DNA from: Cladosporium halotolerans
Taxonomy: Eukaryota
Length of the DNA: 64,000 nt
Direction: 5' to 3'
Assembly: GCF_011745625.1 (NCBI RefSeq)
Contig: NW_027191462.1
Coordinates: 496,001-560,000 of the forward strand
In this document: piece after piece, positions 35,680 through 46,599 of the stretch
Numbering within the stretch: the stretch's first letter is position 1
How the letters are laid out: every line of letters starts with the position of its first letter
The notes under the pieces: model-generated
What the model saw: only the letters and a program-made list of their open reading frames with translations
Databases searched by the model: none
Told to the model about the DNA's origin: nothing
Translations under genes and position numbers: made by a program

Positions 35680-37329
35680 ATGGTCGGCTTCAACCCTGCT
35701 TTGTTGTGGAAAACGCCAGAGATCAACCCAATCAACCACAAGGCTCGTTCTCTACCTCTATTGAACCCCATCAATGTTCACGGACGGGTGTTTTTCTTCT
35801 CTTGGTTTGGTTTTATGATCGCTTTCTGGTCTTGGTATGTCAGCCGTTGCATTTTTGCTTCGCTGTCCCCATCGGTCCATGCAAGGAAATGCTAACATCT
35901 GTCGAGGTATGCGTTCCCACCGCTGCTCCACGACATCATCAAAAAAGACCTCCACCTCACCACCGACCACGTTGGTAACTCGAACATCATTGCTTTGGTC
36001 GCAACACTACTCGTTCGCCTGGTTGCTGGTCCCGCATGCGATCGCTTCGGTCCAAGATACACATTTGCAGGATGTCTGCTCATCGGGGCCATCCCAACAT
36101 TCCTCTCCGGCACAGCATACAATGTCCACCAGCTATACGCTCTGAGGTTCTTCATCGGTATTCTCGGCGGTAGCTTTGTGCCCTGTCAGGTGTGGACGAC
36201 CGGATTCTTCGACAAGAACATCGTCGGCACTGCAAACTCTGTGGCTGCTGGCTTCGGCAATGCCGGTGGCGGTATCACGTACTTTGCCATGCCTGCCATC
36301 TACAACTCGTTCGTCAGGGACCAGGGCCTCGCTCCTCATGTTGCCTGGCGTGTGTCTTTTGTCGTTCCTGGCATCTTGATTGTCAGCGTCGCCACCCTCC
36401 TTGTCCTGCTGTGCCCCGACACCCCTACAGGCAAATGGTCCGAACGCATGCAAGCTGCTGAGATCAACCGCCAGCACGCTGCCGTCGAGCCCTCGGTCGT
36501 AGACGTCCCTGGTCAAGTCACCGAAGACTCGAAGGGTGGAAACGTTCAGTACAACGGAACAAACACGCCCGGCACTCTCACCAGAAAGAACTCTTACAAC
36601 CTGGACGATGAGAAGAAGTCCGACTCCGTGTCAAAGCCCAACAACGACCCCGAGGCCCAGCTTGGCGAGCAACAGATGCTTGACCTGACCCGCAACGAGG
36701 TAGTGCAGAAGCCAACCTGGGGCGACATCGCACGCATCACCTTCTCCCCTCAAACGATCGTCTGCGGCGCCGCCTACTTCTGCACCTTCGGCGCCGAGCT
36801 CTCCGTTAACAGCATCCTTGGCTCCTACTACGCCAAACAGTTCCCTACCCTCGACACCCAGCAGACCGGCAACTACGCCGCAATCTTCGGCCTGCTCAAC
36901 GTCGTTTGGCGCCCGCTCGGCGGCGTTGTCGGTGACATCGCGTACAAGTACACCAGCTCTGTCTGGTCCAAGAAGGTCCTCCTGCACACATACGGCATCG
37001 GCACCGGCGCCCTGCTGCTCGCCACGGGCCTCGTCAACCCCACTGAAGTCGGCACCATGCTTGCTCTGGTCACCATCGGCGTCGCTTTCTTCCTCGCTGG
37101 CGCCAACGGCTTGACTTTCTCGCTCGTGCCCCACGTGCACCCTCAGGCCAACGGTGTCGTGTCCGGTTTCACCGGCGCGTGCGGCAACCTTGGCGGTGTT
37201 GTTTTCGCCATCGTCTTCCGCTACGGCAGGAGCTATGGCGAGTCTATCTGGATCATTGGCGTGATGGTTGTGGCTATCAACCTTGCTGTGTGCTGGATCA
37301 GGCCGGTGCCTAAAGGCCAAATGGCTTGA
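35680..37329 (+). CDS. NRT2: High-affinity nitrate/nitrite transporter, NNP/NRT2 family (CrnA/NrtA-like, 525 aa)
   Basis: Exon1 35680-35834, intron 35835-35906, exon2 35907-37329. Motifs [32 protein letters not shown], nitrate signature [10 protein letters not shown] and GACGNLGG. Confidence 0.93.
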
Positions 37330-37778
37330 GGATATAGCATGATTACTATGACTTTTGTTTTGGTTCTTCGGGCATTTCTTAGCGATAGCGTGCATTGATG
37401 GAACATGGGACGGATTATCAGAGATACCATTTGAATTTACGAGGCTTTTCGACACGATTTTGACAGCTCCATTTTCAGTATCGTCGACGTGAATATGACA
37501 TGCAACGTCAGCATTTGGCGAGGGATTCCAGCGATGAGTGCCAATCTTCAGGCAGTCTTCTCGCAAATTTCAGCCAACGACACATTCTTATCACCACATT
37601 CAGCTGGTAGGGACACACGAGTTCAATAACTTGACGACAGCACCAATGGACGCAGGGTTTGGGCGAAAGGTTTCTTTGAAGTTTTTATTCACATGTCCCT
37701 AGCCGTTCACGGCCGTCGACGCTGCGCTTCTCTTCCTCCCAAAAAAAAATTGGCTGATCAAAGTCGAGGCGCACGCAC

Positions 37779-38237
37779 TTAAGCGGCGATGGTGACCTCA
37801 ACCTCAACACCGGCCTCGATGTTGATGATGATCTGCTTGACGACCTCGGTGGGGGCGTTCAGGTCGATCAGGCGCTTGTGGATCCTGTTTGTCGCATTTT
37901 CGTCAGCAAGTGTTCTCTTTGCGCGCGTAGCCTCTCCATATCCTCTCGGGACTTGAATCCAGCCAATCCTGTTCACAGAAACAACTCACCTCATCTCGTA
38001 GGTGTCCCAGGTCTTGGAGCCCTCACCACAAGGGGTCTTGCGGGTGGAGATCTTGAGGTTCTTGGTGGGCATGCGGACGGGGCCCTTGACGCGGAGGTCC
38101 TTGGACTTCGCGCGGTCGATGAGCTCCTGGCACACCTTCTCCAGCGACGCGACCTTGCGCGAGGTCAGGGTGATGCGGATCTTGTGGATCTTGGGCATGT
38201 CGCCCTGCTGGGCCTTCTTGGCGTCGTAGGTGGACAT
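37779..38237 (-). CDS. RPS20: 40S ribosomal protein S20 / uS10 (117 aa)
   Basis: Exon 38237-37990, intron 37989-37885, exon 37884-37779. [19 protein letters not shown]...KGPVRMPTK...[26 protein letters not shown]. Confidence 0.97.
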
Positions 38238-38272
38238 TTTGGCGGGTTGCGAGATGGGATGTGCGATCGCGA

Positions 38273-38342
38273 CTGTCGGGGTGAGAGGGTTAGCCTTATT
38301 GCGCGACGGGTTTTGTCGGACGGCGGGTTATTCTGGGCGTAC
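38273..38342 (-). other. Predicted 5'-UTR intron of RPS20
   Basis: AG|GTACGC...GGCTAAC...GACAG, 70 nt, ending 35 nt upstream of the ATG. Confidence 0.75.
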
Positions 38343-38863
38343 CTCGGTCGGTGTGTTGGACTCGGTAACGTGACGATCGTGCAGAGGGAAGGACGGTCGC
38401 GGTGGTGGGCCGGGATTCGGTGAAGTGATTTTGGCAGGGCCAAGAGTTCGTTTGTGTGGGGTGAGAGATTGCTGCCTGAAATTTTGAGGCACTCAAGATC
38501 CCAGCATAAACTCAATATTGACAACGGAGCTGGGATCCAAAATTGTATACAGCCTAGGCAGTATAAATGATTAGTTCAAAATCAAGCGAGCAGATAGTCG
38601 ATCATCTAAGTAAGCTGTAAACCGAATATTCATGACGGTATTGTTTGCTTCCCAAAAGTCCACAACTGTCGTTGTGCCGGAAGCCAGCCGTGAATCTCAT
38701 ATGTTTCGAGAACGGCTTGCCAGCGTCACTCACGATGACCGCACGCTAAAACACAACGTCCAACGCTCCGGTGAACGTCACTGACGTCTATAAGTAATTA
38801 TATTTCAAACCCGGCGTAAGCACTCCTTGGGATTTCCAGGCTCACATACAACGCTGGATTGCC

Positions 38864-40822
38864 ATGTCTCTCCCTGCCCTGGCACCGATACCACCAGCGA
38901 GCGTTCGTTTGTCGCTGGACGCTGCGGAATGGGAAGCTTGTGTGGACGCATGGCTTACTCTCGCCGAACTTCAGTTGAGAGCATCTTCAACTTCGACAGC
39001 TTTCGTAGCGGCATTCCTGCAGTCGTACTATCACGAGCTGGCTAATGTGGCCTCGAACGACGAAACGCTACGAACTCCAAAAGCCACGTCGTTACATAAA
39101 GTCGCCTTTGCGCTTGTCAAAAAGGCGTTCCTCCAATCCGACGACCTAGAAAACCTCTTGGAGTGGGATTTCCTGGCCAATCTCTGCCGCAGTCATATCA
39201 AAAGCTCGAGACTTGCGGAAATCTTCAGCACCCTATGGGCGAGGAAATCTGCCTTGCTCGAGAAGTTATTTCAAACCCGCAAAAATGCACTTATCGACAT
39301 GCTGGACTCCGGCAGCCCTGATGTTGCTGAAGCAACTCTGACACAGATGGCACCTATCCTGCGCGTCTCGTCAGAGACTTCTGTTTTCTTCATTGTCGGC
39401 ACAGATCTTGTGGACTCCCTGGTATCTGGTTATGAGAAGTCTTCGTCTGACAAAACGCGCAAAGCCATCAGCATGACGATCTATTTGGGACTCCTTGCGT
39501 GCGTGGCAGGCGAAACGCCAAACTTCTCTTTGTTGTCTGACCATCTTTATACTCTCAAAGCCCAGGCCGAGCGAAGGCCGCCAAATCAAGCTCTGTTGGC
39601 AGACACGGTCACTAACACGCCTCTTCTCGCGAAGCTTCGCCGGATTTTCACTGGAAAGACACCTGAGCGATTGGTCAAATTGCTGGACGGATTGGAGACT
39701 CTAAGATCGCCAAGCATCGCTCGACCTAGAAAGCAGTCCCGAAGGAAACTATCGAGCAAAGGAAAGGCTAGGCAGACCGCGCCAGGCCACGAGATGCACG
39801 TTCACCGCATGAGCTTGGTCACACAAATCCAGGACCTCTTCCCCGATCTCGGTGCCGGCTTCATCATGAAGCTGCTAGACGAGTATAATGACGACGTCGA
39901 ACAAGTCACCGCACACCTCCTTGACGACTCCCTACCACCTCACCTTCAATCAGCAGACCGCAACGAGCAGGCCCCCGTCTTCGACTCGAGCATGCAAGCC
40001 GGAATCGACCACCTCGCCCCAGCCTCCACCCCTCCACCCCCAGAACCCTTCATTCCCGAACGAAAGAACGTCTTCGACAACGACGAGCTCGACCAACTTA
40101 CCATGGACACCTCACGCCTACACTTCGGCAAACGCAACGACCCCACAACCACCTCTTCCCAACCCAACAAATCCGCCATCCTCTCCGCCCTCGCCGCCTT
40201 CGACGCCGACGACGACGAGCGCGACGACACCTACGACGCCCAGGACGTCGGCGGCTCCATCGACAACGCGCACCCCGACGGCGAGCCCGGGCAGGCCGCC
40301 AAAGTCACTCAAGAGGAGAACGACGCCGCCCTCTTCGCAAGCTATAGATCCCACCCGGAGCTCTTCGGCCGCTCGTTCGACGTCCGCCGCGGCCAGCCCC
40401 GCGCCGCTCTCAAGGCCCAGACGGGCCTCACGGACGAGGCTATCGAGGGCTGGGCTATTATGCTGCAGCGCGACCCGAAGCGCGCGGCACGCTTGGAGGC
40501 GCAGATGGGTGCTTTCGATGGTCGGCAGGCGGCGCTCGCGCGCTCGGCGTACCGCGAGAGTCCGGGTGGGACGGAGACGGAAGACTCGGATGCGCCGCCG
40601 GCGGGGAGGGGTGGCTTTGGCGGGAGAGGAAGGGGGCGCGGCAGGGGTGGAAGGGGTGGTGGAGGTGGAGGTAGGGGAGGTGGCAACGTTGCGGGGCCTT
40701 CTGGGGAGGCGGCTACGGTTGCTGCGCAGAGGCGGAAGGAGGCGAATAAGGGCAGCCGCGCGAATCATAATCGCAGGGACCAGCGTGCGAAGAAGATGGC
40801 GAGGGGTGGATTTCCTGGGTAG
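38864..40822 (+). CDS. CUE3: CUE-domain ribosome quality-control trigger subunit Cue3/Rqt3 (ASCC2-like, 652 aa)
   Basis: CUE domain SLVTQIQDLFPDLGAGFIMKLLDEYNDDVEQVTAHLLDDSLP; RKNVFDNDE; DDDERDDTYD; DEAIEGWAIML; RGG tract; ASCC2-type C-terminus RRKEANKGSRANHNRRDQRAKKMARG. Confidence 0.88.
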   Translation: MSLPALAPIPPASVRLSLDAAEWEACVDAWLTLAELQLRASSTSTAFVAAFLQSYYHELANVASNDETLRTPKATSLHKVAFALVKKAFLQSDDLENLLEWDFLANLCRSHIKSSRLAEIFSTLWARKSALLEKLFQTRKNALIDMLDSGSPDVAEATLTQMAPILRVSSETSVFFIVGTDLVDSLVSGYEKSSSDKTRKAISMTIYLGLLACVAGETPNFSLLSDHLYTLKAQAERRPPNQALLADTVTNTPLLAKLRRIFTGKTPERLVKLLDGLETLRSPSIARPRKQSRRKLSSKGKARQTAPGHEMHVHRMSLVTQIQDLFPDLGAGFIMKLLDEYNDDVEQVTAHLLDDSLPPHLQSADRNEQAPVFDSSMQAGIDHLAPASTPPPPEPFIPERKNVFDNDELDQLTMDTSRLHFGKRNDPTTTSSQPNKSAILSALAAFDADDDERDDTYDAQDVGGSIDNAHPDGEPGQAAKVTQEENDAALFASYRSHPELFGRSFDVRRGQPRAALKAQTGLTDEAIEGWAIMLQRDPKRAARLEAQMGAFDGRQAALARSAYRESPGGTETEDSDAPPAGRGGFGGRGRGRGRGGRGGGGGGRGGGNVAGPSGEAATVAAQRRKEANKGSRANHNRRDQRAKKMARGGFPG

Positions 40823-41042
40823 ATGGACAAAGAAGCAGGGTGATGCTCGCGGGCACCCGGGCGGGTCTTTTCGTGGCAAGCAAATCGAGTACATGTCAAT
40901 GGACAGACTTGACTTATTGCGGGCTTCTTGCACAGGCTGGCAAAGAGAGAAGAATTATCATTGAATGCCTGTAACATATCCAAAGCCGCAAGAAAAGAAG
41001 AGCCTCCCTTGCCTGTCCTAAAATCCCTGGCCCCATGGCTCC

Positions 41043-43908
41043 TCATGGCAAAGCGCCAATGCAACTGTTCAGTGCCCCATTGCACACCACCGTCAAACCC
41101 GGCTCGACAATCGTCTGGCGCCACGAGTATTCCGCCGCCTGCTTCTGTCCCTGTCCATCCACTGTAATCGCAACAGTCAGCCAACGACTTCCACATCGCC
41201 TATAATGGAAAGGTAAAATACTCACATCCCTGAATCCCAACAAACGCCACAGCGCCATTCATTCCCGTGTCAGCCTGCCCCATCGTCCCGACCGAATAGT
41301 AGGTGAACGTGAACGCGTTCGGCGCCGCCGAGTTGTACGCGACTGTGAAGTGGTAAATACTCTCCCTCTGCGCCGCGCGCGCCACGTAGTACTCGAACGT
41401 GACTTTCGTGCCCTCGATCTCGTAGAAGATCCACTGCTGCGTCGTCTCGTTGCCGTACGCGAACAGGTCGTCGAAGAACGGCGCGATCACGGCGTCCGGG
41501 AAGACGGTGCCTGGGTAGGGGAAGCGCTTGGCCAGGAATTGTGTTGAGCCGCGCTCGAGCGAGATGTGGCCGTTCGTGCCTGGGAAGATTCGGTTTGAGC
41601 TCGTGCTGTAGAGGGTCACATCGAACGGCAGCTCGAGCTCGCAGTACGAGTCGTCTTCGAGTGTGTCGGTTGGCCCGCCGAAGTCGCAGGGGGTGGGGGA
41701 GGCGAGTCTCAAGTACCCAGAGTAGGGGGCGTTGCCGGTTGTTGTTGAGGCGGCGGTGGACGAAGACGAAGAAGAGGTTGTGGTGGTACTGGTGGTCTCT
41801 TCATACGGGTCTGGCGCTTCAATGCTGCTTGAGGAAGTGGTTGTGGTGGTCTCCTCGTATGGATCTGGTACCTCGGTGCTACTTGAAGAAGAATCCGTTG
41901 TCGAGGTGATCATCATCTCAGAAGAGCTTGTGGTCATAGACATCGTTTCCGACTCGTATGGATCCGGTACTTCTGAAGACGTGCTCGTCGTCTCGCTCAA
42001 AGATTCTGTCGAAGAGCTTGAGACGTCTGGGTAAGTCGGAGGTCCTGCCAGCCTGACCGCCAGTGTAGCAATACCTGGGACGTATTCTATCGGCGTTGGT
42101 TTGAAATAACATGTTTCTTCACCGATATATGATACCGACCCACATTCCGGATCGAAGTCGCAAGCTTGAATGCAGGCCATGAAGGAAATCAGCTGAGGAG
42201 GCGCGTACGAGGGCGGATTTGAATCAAGGTTGCAGTAAATGGTATAGGCGTTGCCCGCGGTGTTCACATATACGGTGTTGTTCCCTTCGGGGCATGGCGG
42301 CGGAGAGCTGGTATAAAATGGAGGTACAACTTCAGATGATGATGAGGTTGTCGTGGTACTTGTAGTGGACTCGTCTGGATACTGAGGCGGCTCCGAAATG
42401 GAAGGTGAAGTGCTCATTATCGTTGAGGAAGAGGAGGAGCTAGATGTGGTCGGCTCATCTGGGTAAGTAGGAGGTTCCGCTTCGCTCGACATTGTTGACG
42501 AGCTGGTTGATGATGCCACTGAGGAGCTAGAGCTGTATGAACTGCTAGGAGGGCTTGTACTTGGGGCGCTTGCGCTGCTCATCGTAGTGTACACTGGTGG
42601 AAGAGTTGGTGAGGATGACTCTGAGGAGCTCATGACACTACTGCTGGACATGCTCATTGAGCTCGATTCGAAGCTGGAGCTGGAGCTGGAGCTGGAGCTG
42701 GAATCAGACGTCGTTGGCTGGTAAGGCGGATTGATCGGACCGATCGGAGAGCCTGAGGAAGCAAACGATAGGGTGTCTGAGGATGACACGCTCGACGACT
42801 CGCTACTACTTGGTGTTTCAGACCCGTAGATTGGTGGTCCCGCTGAGGATGAAACACTCAGCTCGCTGCTACTTGGTATTTGAGACCCGTAGATTGGCGG
42901 CCCCGCTGAGGATGAAACGCTTGACGAGGAGGCTTGGGTGTAGATAGGCGGAGAATATATCGGAGGCATAACGTCGGAGGATGTCGTTGGTGTGGAGAGA
43001 GACGACAAGCTTGGTGAGCTTGACCTGGTAACGGAACTCGTAGTGCTGGGCCATGGAAGTACGTATGAAGTGCTAGCAGACTCTGAAATGTATGGCGGTG
43101 GCGGCGTGCTGACAGACGGGACAGGTGATTGTGAAGAGCTGCTGGCTTGTGGATAAGTGTACGGAGGGGGGCCTTCGGTTGTGTATTGACCAGGAGGTGA
43201 GCTTGACATGCTATCCATGACGATACTAGACGACACTGTTATGCTTCCCGTCGACGTGGCCGTCGTGGAGCTTAATGGATGCACTCCATCGCAAAGTCTG
43301 GCACGAAGAACGATTGGCGCCCAGGATTGCTCCGGCTCATCCGGCCCAATGAACTTGCACAGCACTTGGGCGTTGTCAATGAGGCCGACCGGGAGTTTAT
43401 AAAATTGTGCCTGGCCGTTGGTGAAACGTGGGCTCGTCCAGTTGAGGACATCGTCCTTGAAACTGAAGGTTGTGCTGATAGTCCCTATAGTTGGGGAAAT
43501 CGCAAAAGGCTGGTTCTCAACGAAAAGATTTGTTGATACGTGGCTCCCATTGACGCTCATCAGCTGGCCGTTCCTAACCTGGTATTGACCTGCTGAAAGC
43601 GGGTTTGTCGATGTGTTCCCGTTCAGCGTAAGCCAGGAGAGTTGGGGCGGTTCACGGCGTTGCAAGTTGTTGTACATTCCGTCCAGCTGAATCTCTAGCA
43701 CGAACGGCGTTCCACTGTTCCAGGCTTCATCGTTGTACTGGATCGGAACGACTGTGACCGTAGACTGGACGATAGTCACTGATCGCGTTCCCGTGGTGTA
43801 TATGGCGCTGCAGGTGCTTGGGTATCGTGTAATAGTGATCACTTCACCGAGAACATTGCCGCTCAATGAGCTGATGGCGAAAAGGGCTGCGGCGTTGCGG
43901 AAAATCAT
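41043..43908 (-). CDS. Secreted Ser/Thr/Pro-rich mucin-like protein with PAN/apple-like and C-terminal NIDO-like domains (about 933 aa)
   Basis: ATG 43908 with signal peptide (MIFRNAAALFAISSLSGNVLG). Exon1 43908-41226, intron 41225-41162, exon2 41161-41043. Apple-like YTIYC...FMACIQACDFDPECGSVSY...CYFK; NIDO-like DDSYCELELPFDVTLY...TNGHISL...IAPFFDDL. Confidence 0.8.
42799..42918. repeat. 63-nt coding tandem duplication (21-aa unit containing SVSSSAGPPIYGS)
   Basis: GACCCGTAGATTGG occurs at 42821 and 42884, a 63-nt period. Confidence 0.8.
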
Positions 43909-44540
43909 CTTTGCGCCAGTGCGCAAAACGCGCTTCGCAAGGATCTTCTCGATAGAGCAGATGTGAGATGTTGGTCAATGGAGAAATCGAAGGGACTGCC
44001 TTGCTCTTTTGTCCGTGATCCGATCAAGGATCTGGATGGGGTGATCCAGAATGGAAGGAGTGCTAGAGTGAGACGCGTTACTGGTTGCTCGGCGTGTCCA
44101 GTAGCAAGCGCAATAGAGATTGGGACATCGTTGCTGGTCAACCGTCTCGATGTTTGGAGCCAAGGAAAGCGTGGAATGCAAAACACAACCAAGGCAGCCC
44201 TTGCACTGCAAAGCGCGTCGAGGGACACTTACACAATTTCGGTTGGCGTTAGATGGAATGCGCGGCCGACAAAAGATTATGGGAATGAAACGAAATACGC
44301 GTGAAGACTCAGTAGGAAGGAGACTCAAGTGATGAGCGCAGCCTGGTGGCCATGTTCTTCGCATTTGAACGTCGTAAATACGTACCAGACCTGTAGCCGC
44401 CTATGCATGATGTTGCTGTCCAGCATCCTTGATTTTCGAATTCACATCTCGCGATGCATATGATCGTTCGAGAAGTGGCTTGAGGCGGGTATGATACATG
44501 AACTTCTTCCATTTATTTTATCATTCATCGTTCTCTCCGT

Positions 44541-46163
44541 TTACTCTTCTCCTCCACCAGGCGGGCCGGATTTGCCCATCTGTCGGGCCTTCAGCATCTC
44601 ATCGCAGAGCAAGAGGTTGCTCGCGATGCCAGTCGCGCTTGCGATGCTGTTTCTCAGCACCCTGAAGCTGTCGTAAACACCTTCCTGGACAGGATCCATC
44701 TCCTCTCCTGACACCAGATCCAAGCCTGCAACATGACCTTCGGCGTGTGCATCCTGCAGCGCAGCGAGTGAGTCCTGAATGTCGTGGCCACTGTTCGCGG
44801 CGAGAGTCTTGGGAATGACGAGCAAGGCATCGGCAAATGCGTGAACGCCCCACTTCGCCTTACCCTTGACCGTCTTGCTGAATGCGTCCGATGTCAGGCG
44901 CCTCGCGCAGGCGACCTGGAAAGCACCTGCACCGGGGACGACGGACTTGTCGACGACGATGTTGTAGACTGAGCGAAGGCCATCACGGACGGCATCCTTG
45001 ATCTGAGCGATGGTGTGGGAGTTGGGACCCTTGATGAGAAGGGTGACAGACTTAGGCTCCTTGACCTCCTCAATGAAAGTGTACTTCTCCTCGCCGATTT
45101 GGTGCTCATAGACGTGACCAGCCCAGCCAAGAACCTCAGGTGTGAGGTCGTCAGCGCTGTTCTGTGCCGTGCCGCCGCAAATCAGCTGCAGGCGCTCCAT
45201 GTTTCTTCTCTTTGCGCGGCGAAGCGCGAAGATGCCGTTCTTGACCAACACGTCGAGAGAAAGAGGGTCAATGCCCTTCTGGTTGACAATGACAAAGCCC
45301 TTCTTCGGGTCATCGCCGCAGACCTCCTTCTTCAGCTCTACGATCTTGCGGAGCTTGTCGTCCACGAAGCGGCGCTCTGACTCAACAAGCTTCTCGCGCT
45401 GCTCTGCCGAGTTGTAGTAGAAACCCGAGTTGATCTCGCTCTTCTCGTACTCCAAGCTGACGTTGAGGGTGAGGATGAAGGCGTTGCGGACATCCTTGGG
45501 CATATCGGGGTGCCTCGCGCCGTGATCCAGCGCAAGACCGCGAATGAGCTGTGTGTCGGCCGCCATGCGGTGCTGCATCGTCATGATTTCCACCATGTGA
45601 AGGTCGGGCTTCTCACCCTCCTGGTAGATGGACAAGACAGCGTCGACGATGTCGGGAGTGAGCTGCTCGGCGAGTGTCGAGTTGATCTTGGTCGACAATG
45701 ATGTTCTGGCAACAGAGAGGAGGAGTTCTCTATCAACATCGCGCGCCAGCTTGAATTCGTCCAGGAAACGCAGGGCCTCGCTCTTCGCCAGCTCATATCC
45801 GTCCGTGATAACTCTGGGGTGCAGGCCCTCGCTGATATATCTGTTCGCCTGCTTCAGGAGCTCGCCAATCATGAGCACCACGCTCGTTGTGCCATCACCG
45901 CAAATCTCATCCTGTGCCGTCGCTGCTCTTGCGATCATGACCGCAGTGGGGTTCTGGATCTGCATCTCCTTCAACAGCACCGAGCCGTCCTTGGTGAGCT
46001 TGATTCCACCGGAGCCGTCCACCAACATCTTGATCGTGCCAGTCGGGCCCAGGTTGGAGGAGAGCACGCCCTGGAGACCCTCGCCGGCGGCGATGTTCAC
46101 GCTGAGGGCCTCGCCTCTCCGCCGCGACTCGGCCTTGGGGTTGAGGAGTTGAGCTGCCGACAT
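44541..46163 (-). CDS. CCT6: T-complex protein 1 subunit zeta (540 aa)
   Basis: Start [20 protein letters not shown] at 46163; [37 protein letters not shown]. Intronless. Confidence 0.97.
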   Translation of the reverse strand: MSAAQLLNPKAESRRRGEALSVNIAAGEGLQGVLSSNLGPTGTIKMLVDGSGGIKLTKDGSVLLKEMQIQNPTAVMIARAATAQDEICGDGTTSVVLMIGELLKQANRYISEGLHPRVITDGYELAKSEALRFLDEFKLARDVDRELLLSVARTSLSTKINSTLAEQLTPDIVDAVLSIYQEGEKPDLHMVEIMTMQHRMAADTQLIRGLALDHGARHPDMPKDVRNAFILTLNVSLEYEKSEINSGFYYNSAEQREKLVESERRFVDDKLRKIVELKKEVCGDDPKKGFVIVNQKGIDPLSLDVLVKNGIFALRRAKRRNMERLQLICGGTAQNSADDLTPEVLGWAGHVYEHQIGEEKYTFIEEVKEPKSVTLLIKGPNSHTIAQIKDAVRDGLRSVYNIVVDKSVVPGAGAFQVACARRLTSDAFSKTVKGKAKWGVHAFADALLVIPKTLAANSGHDIQDSLAALQDAHAEGHVAGLDLVSGEEMDPVQEGVYDSFRVLRNSIASATGIASNLLLCDEMLKARQMGKSGPPGGGEE

Positions 46164-46599
46164 TTCGAAGTCCAGATGTCCAGAAGTCGGGTGATGTAGC
46201 TCGAGCGTCTGGGTGGGTGAGGAGGTGTTGGGTGGGCAGACGGCGGTATTGCTCGCAACAAATGCTTCGACGTCCCTCCCCCTCCACAAACAGCCAGCCA
46301 GCACTTTTCGCTGCTCGCTGCCCACACGAGTCGCGCGCCCGCCCGCGTCCAGCAAGGGCCGCCCCGCACCCAATCACAGCGCGCACACCACCAGCTCGCT
46401 CAAGCTTCCTCCGCAAGCTTAAGGTGGAAAATTATCGACCGCCGAAGCTGCTGCGCTTCTGCACGCCAACGACCGCGACCAGCACTCGCTCGCTACCAAC
46501 ACCACCGCACACTCCTGGTGGGCTACGTCCGTTGCTGGCTCTGCACTGCACGACTGTGCCCTCTACTCTACCCGGCGCGCACGAAAATCCACCGCCGCA

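Noticed and set aside
37885..37989. Intronic snoRNA in RPS20 or NOP56 introns
   Set aside because: No box C/D pair or H/ACA structure seen; the NOP56 intron is only 57 nt.
46164..46373. N-terminal extensions of track ORFs for CCT6 (also GH47, MBL, RPT3, JJJ1)
   Set aside because: Mostly non-ATG or upstream starts preceding the conserved N-termini; I used the downstream ATGs.
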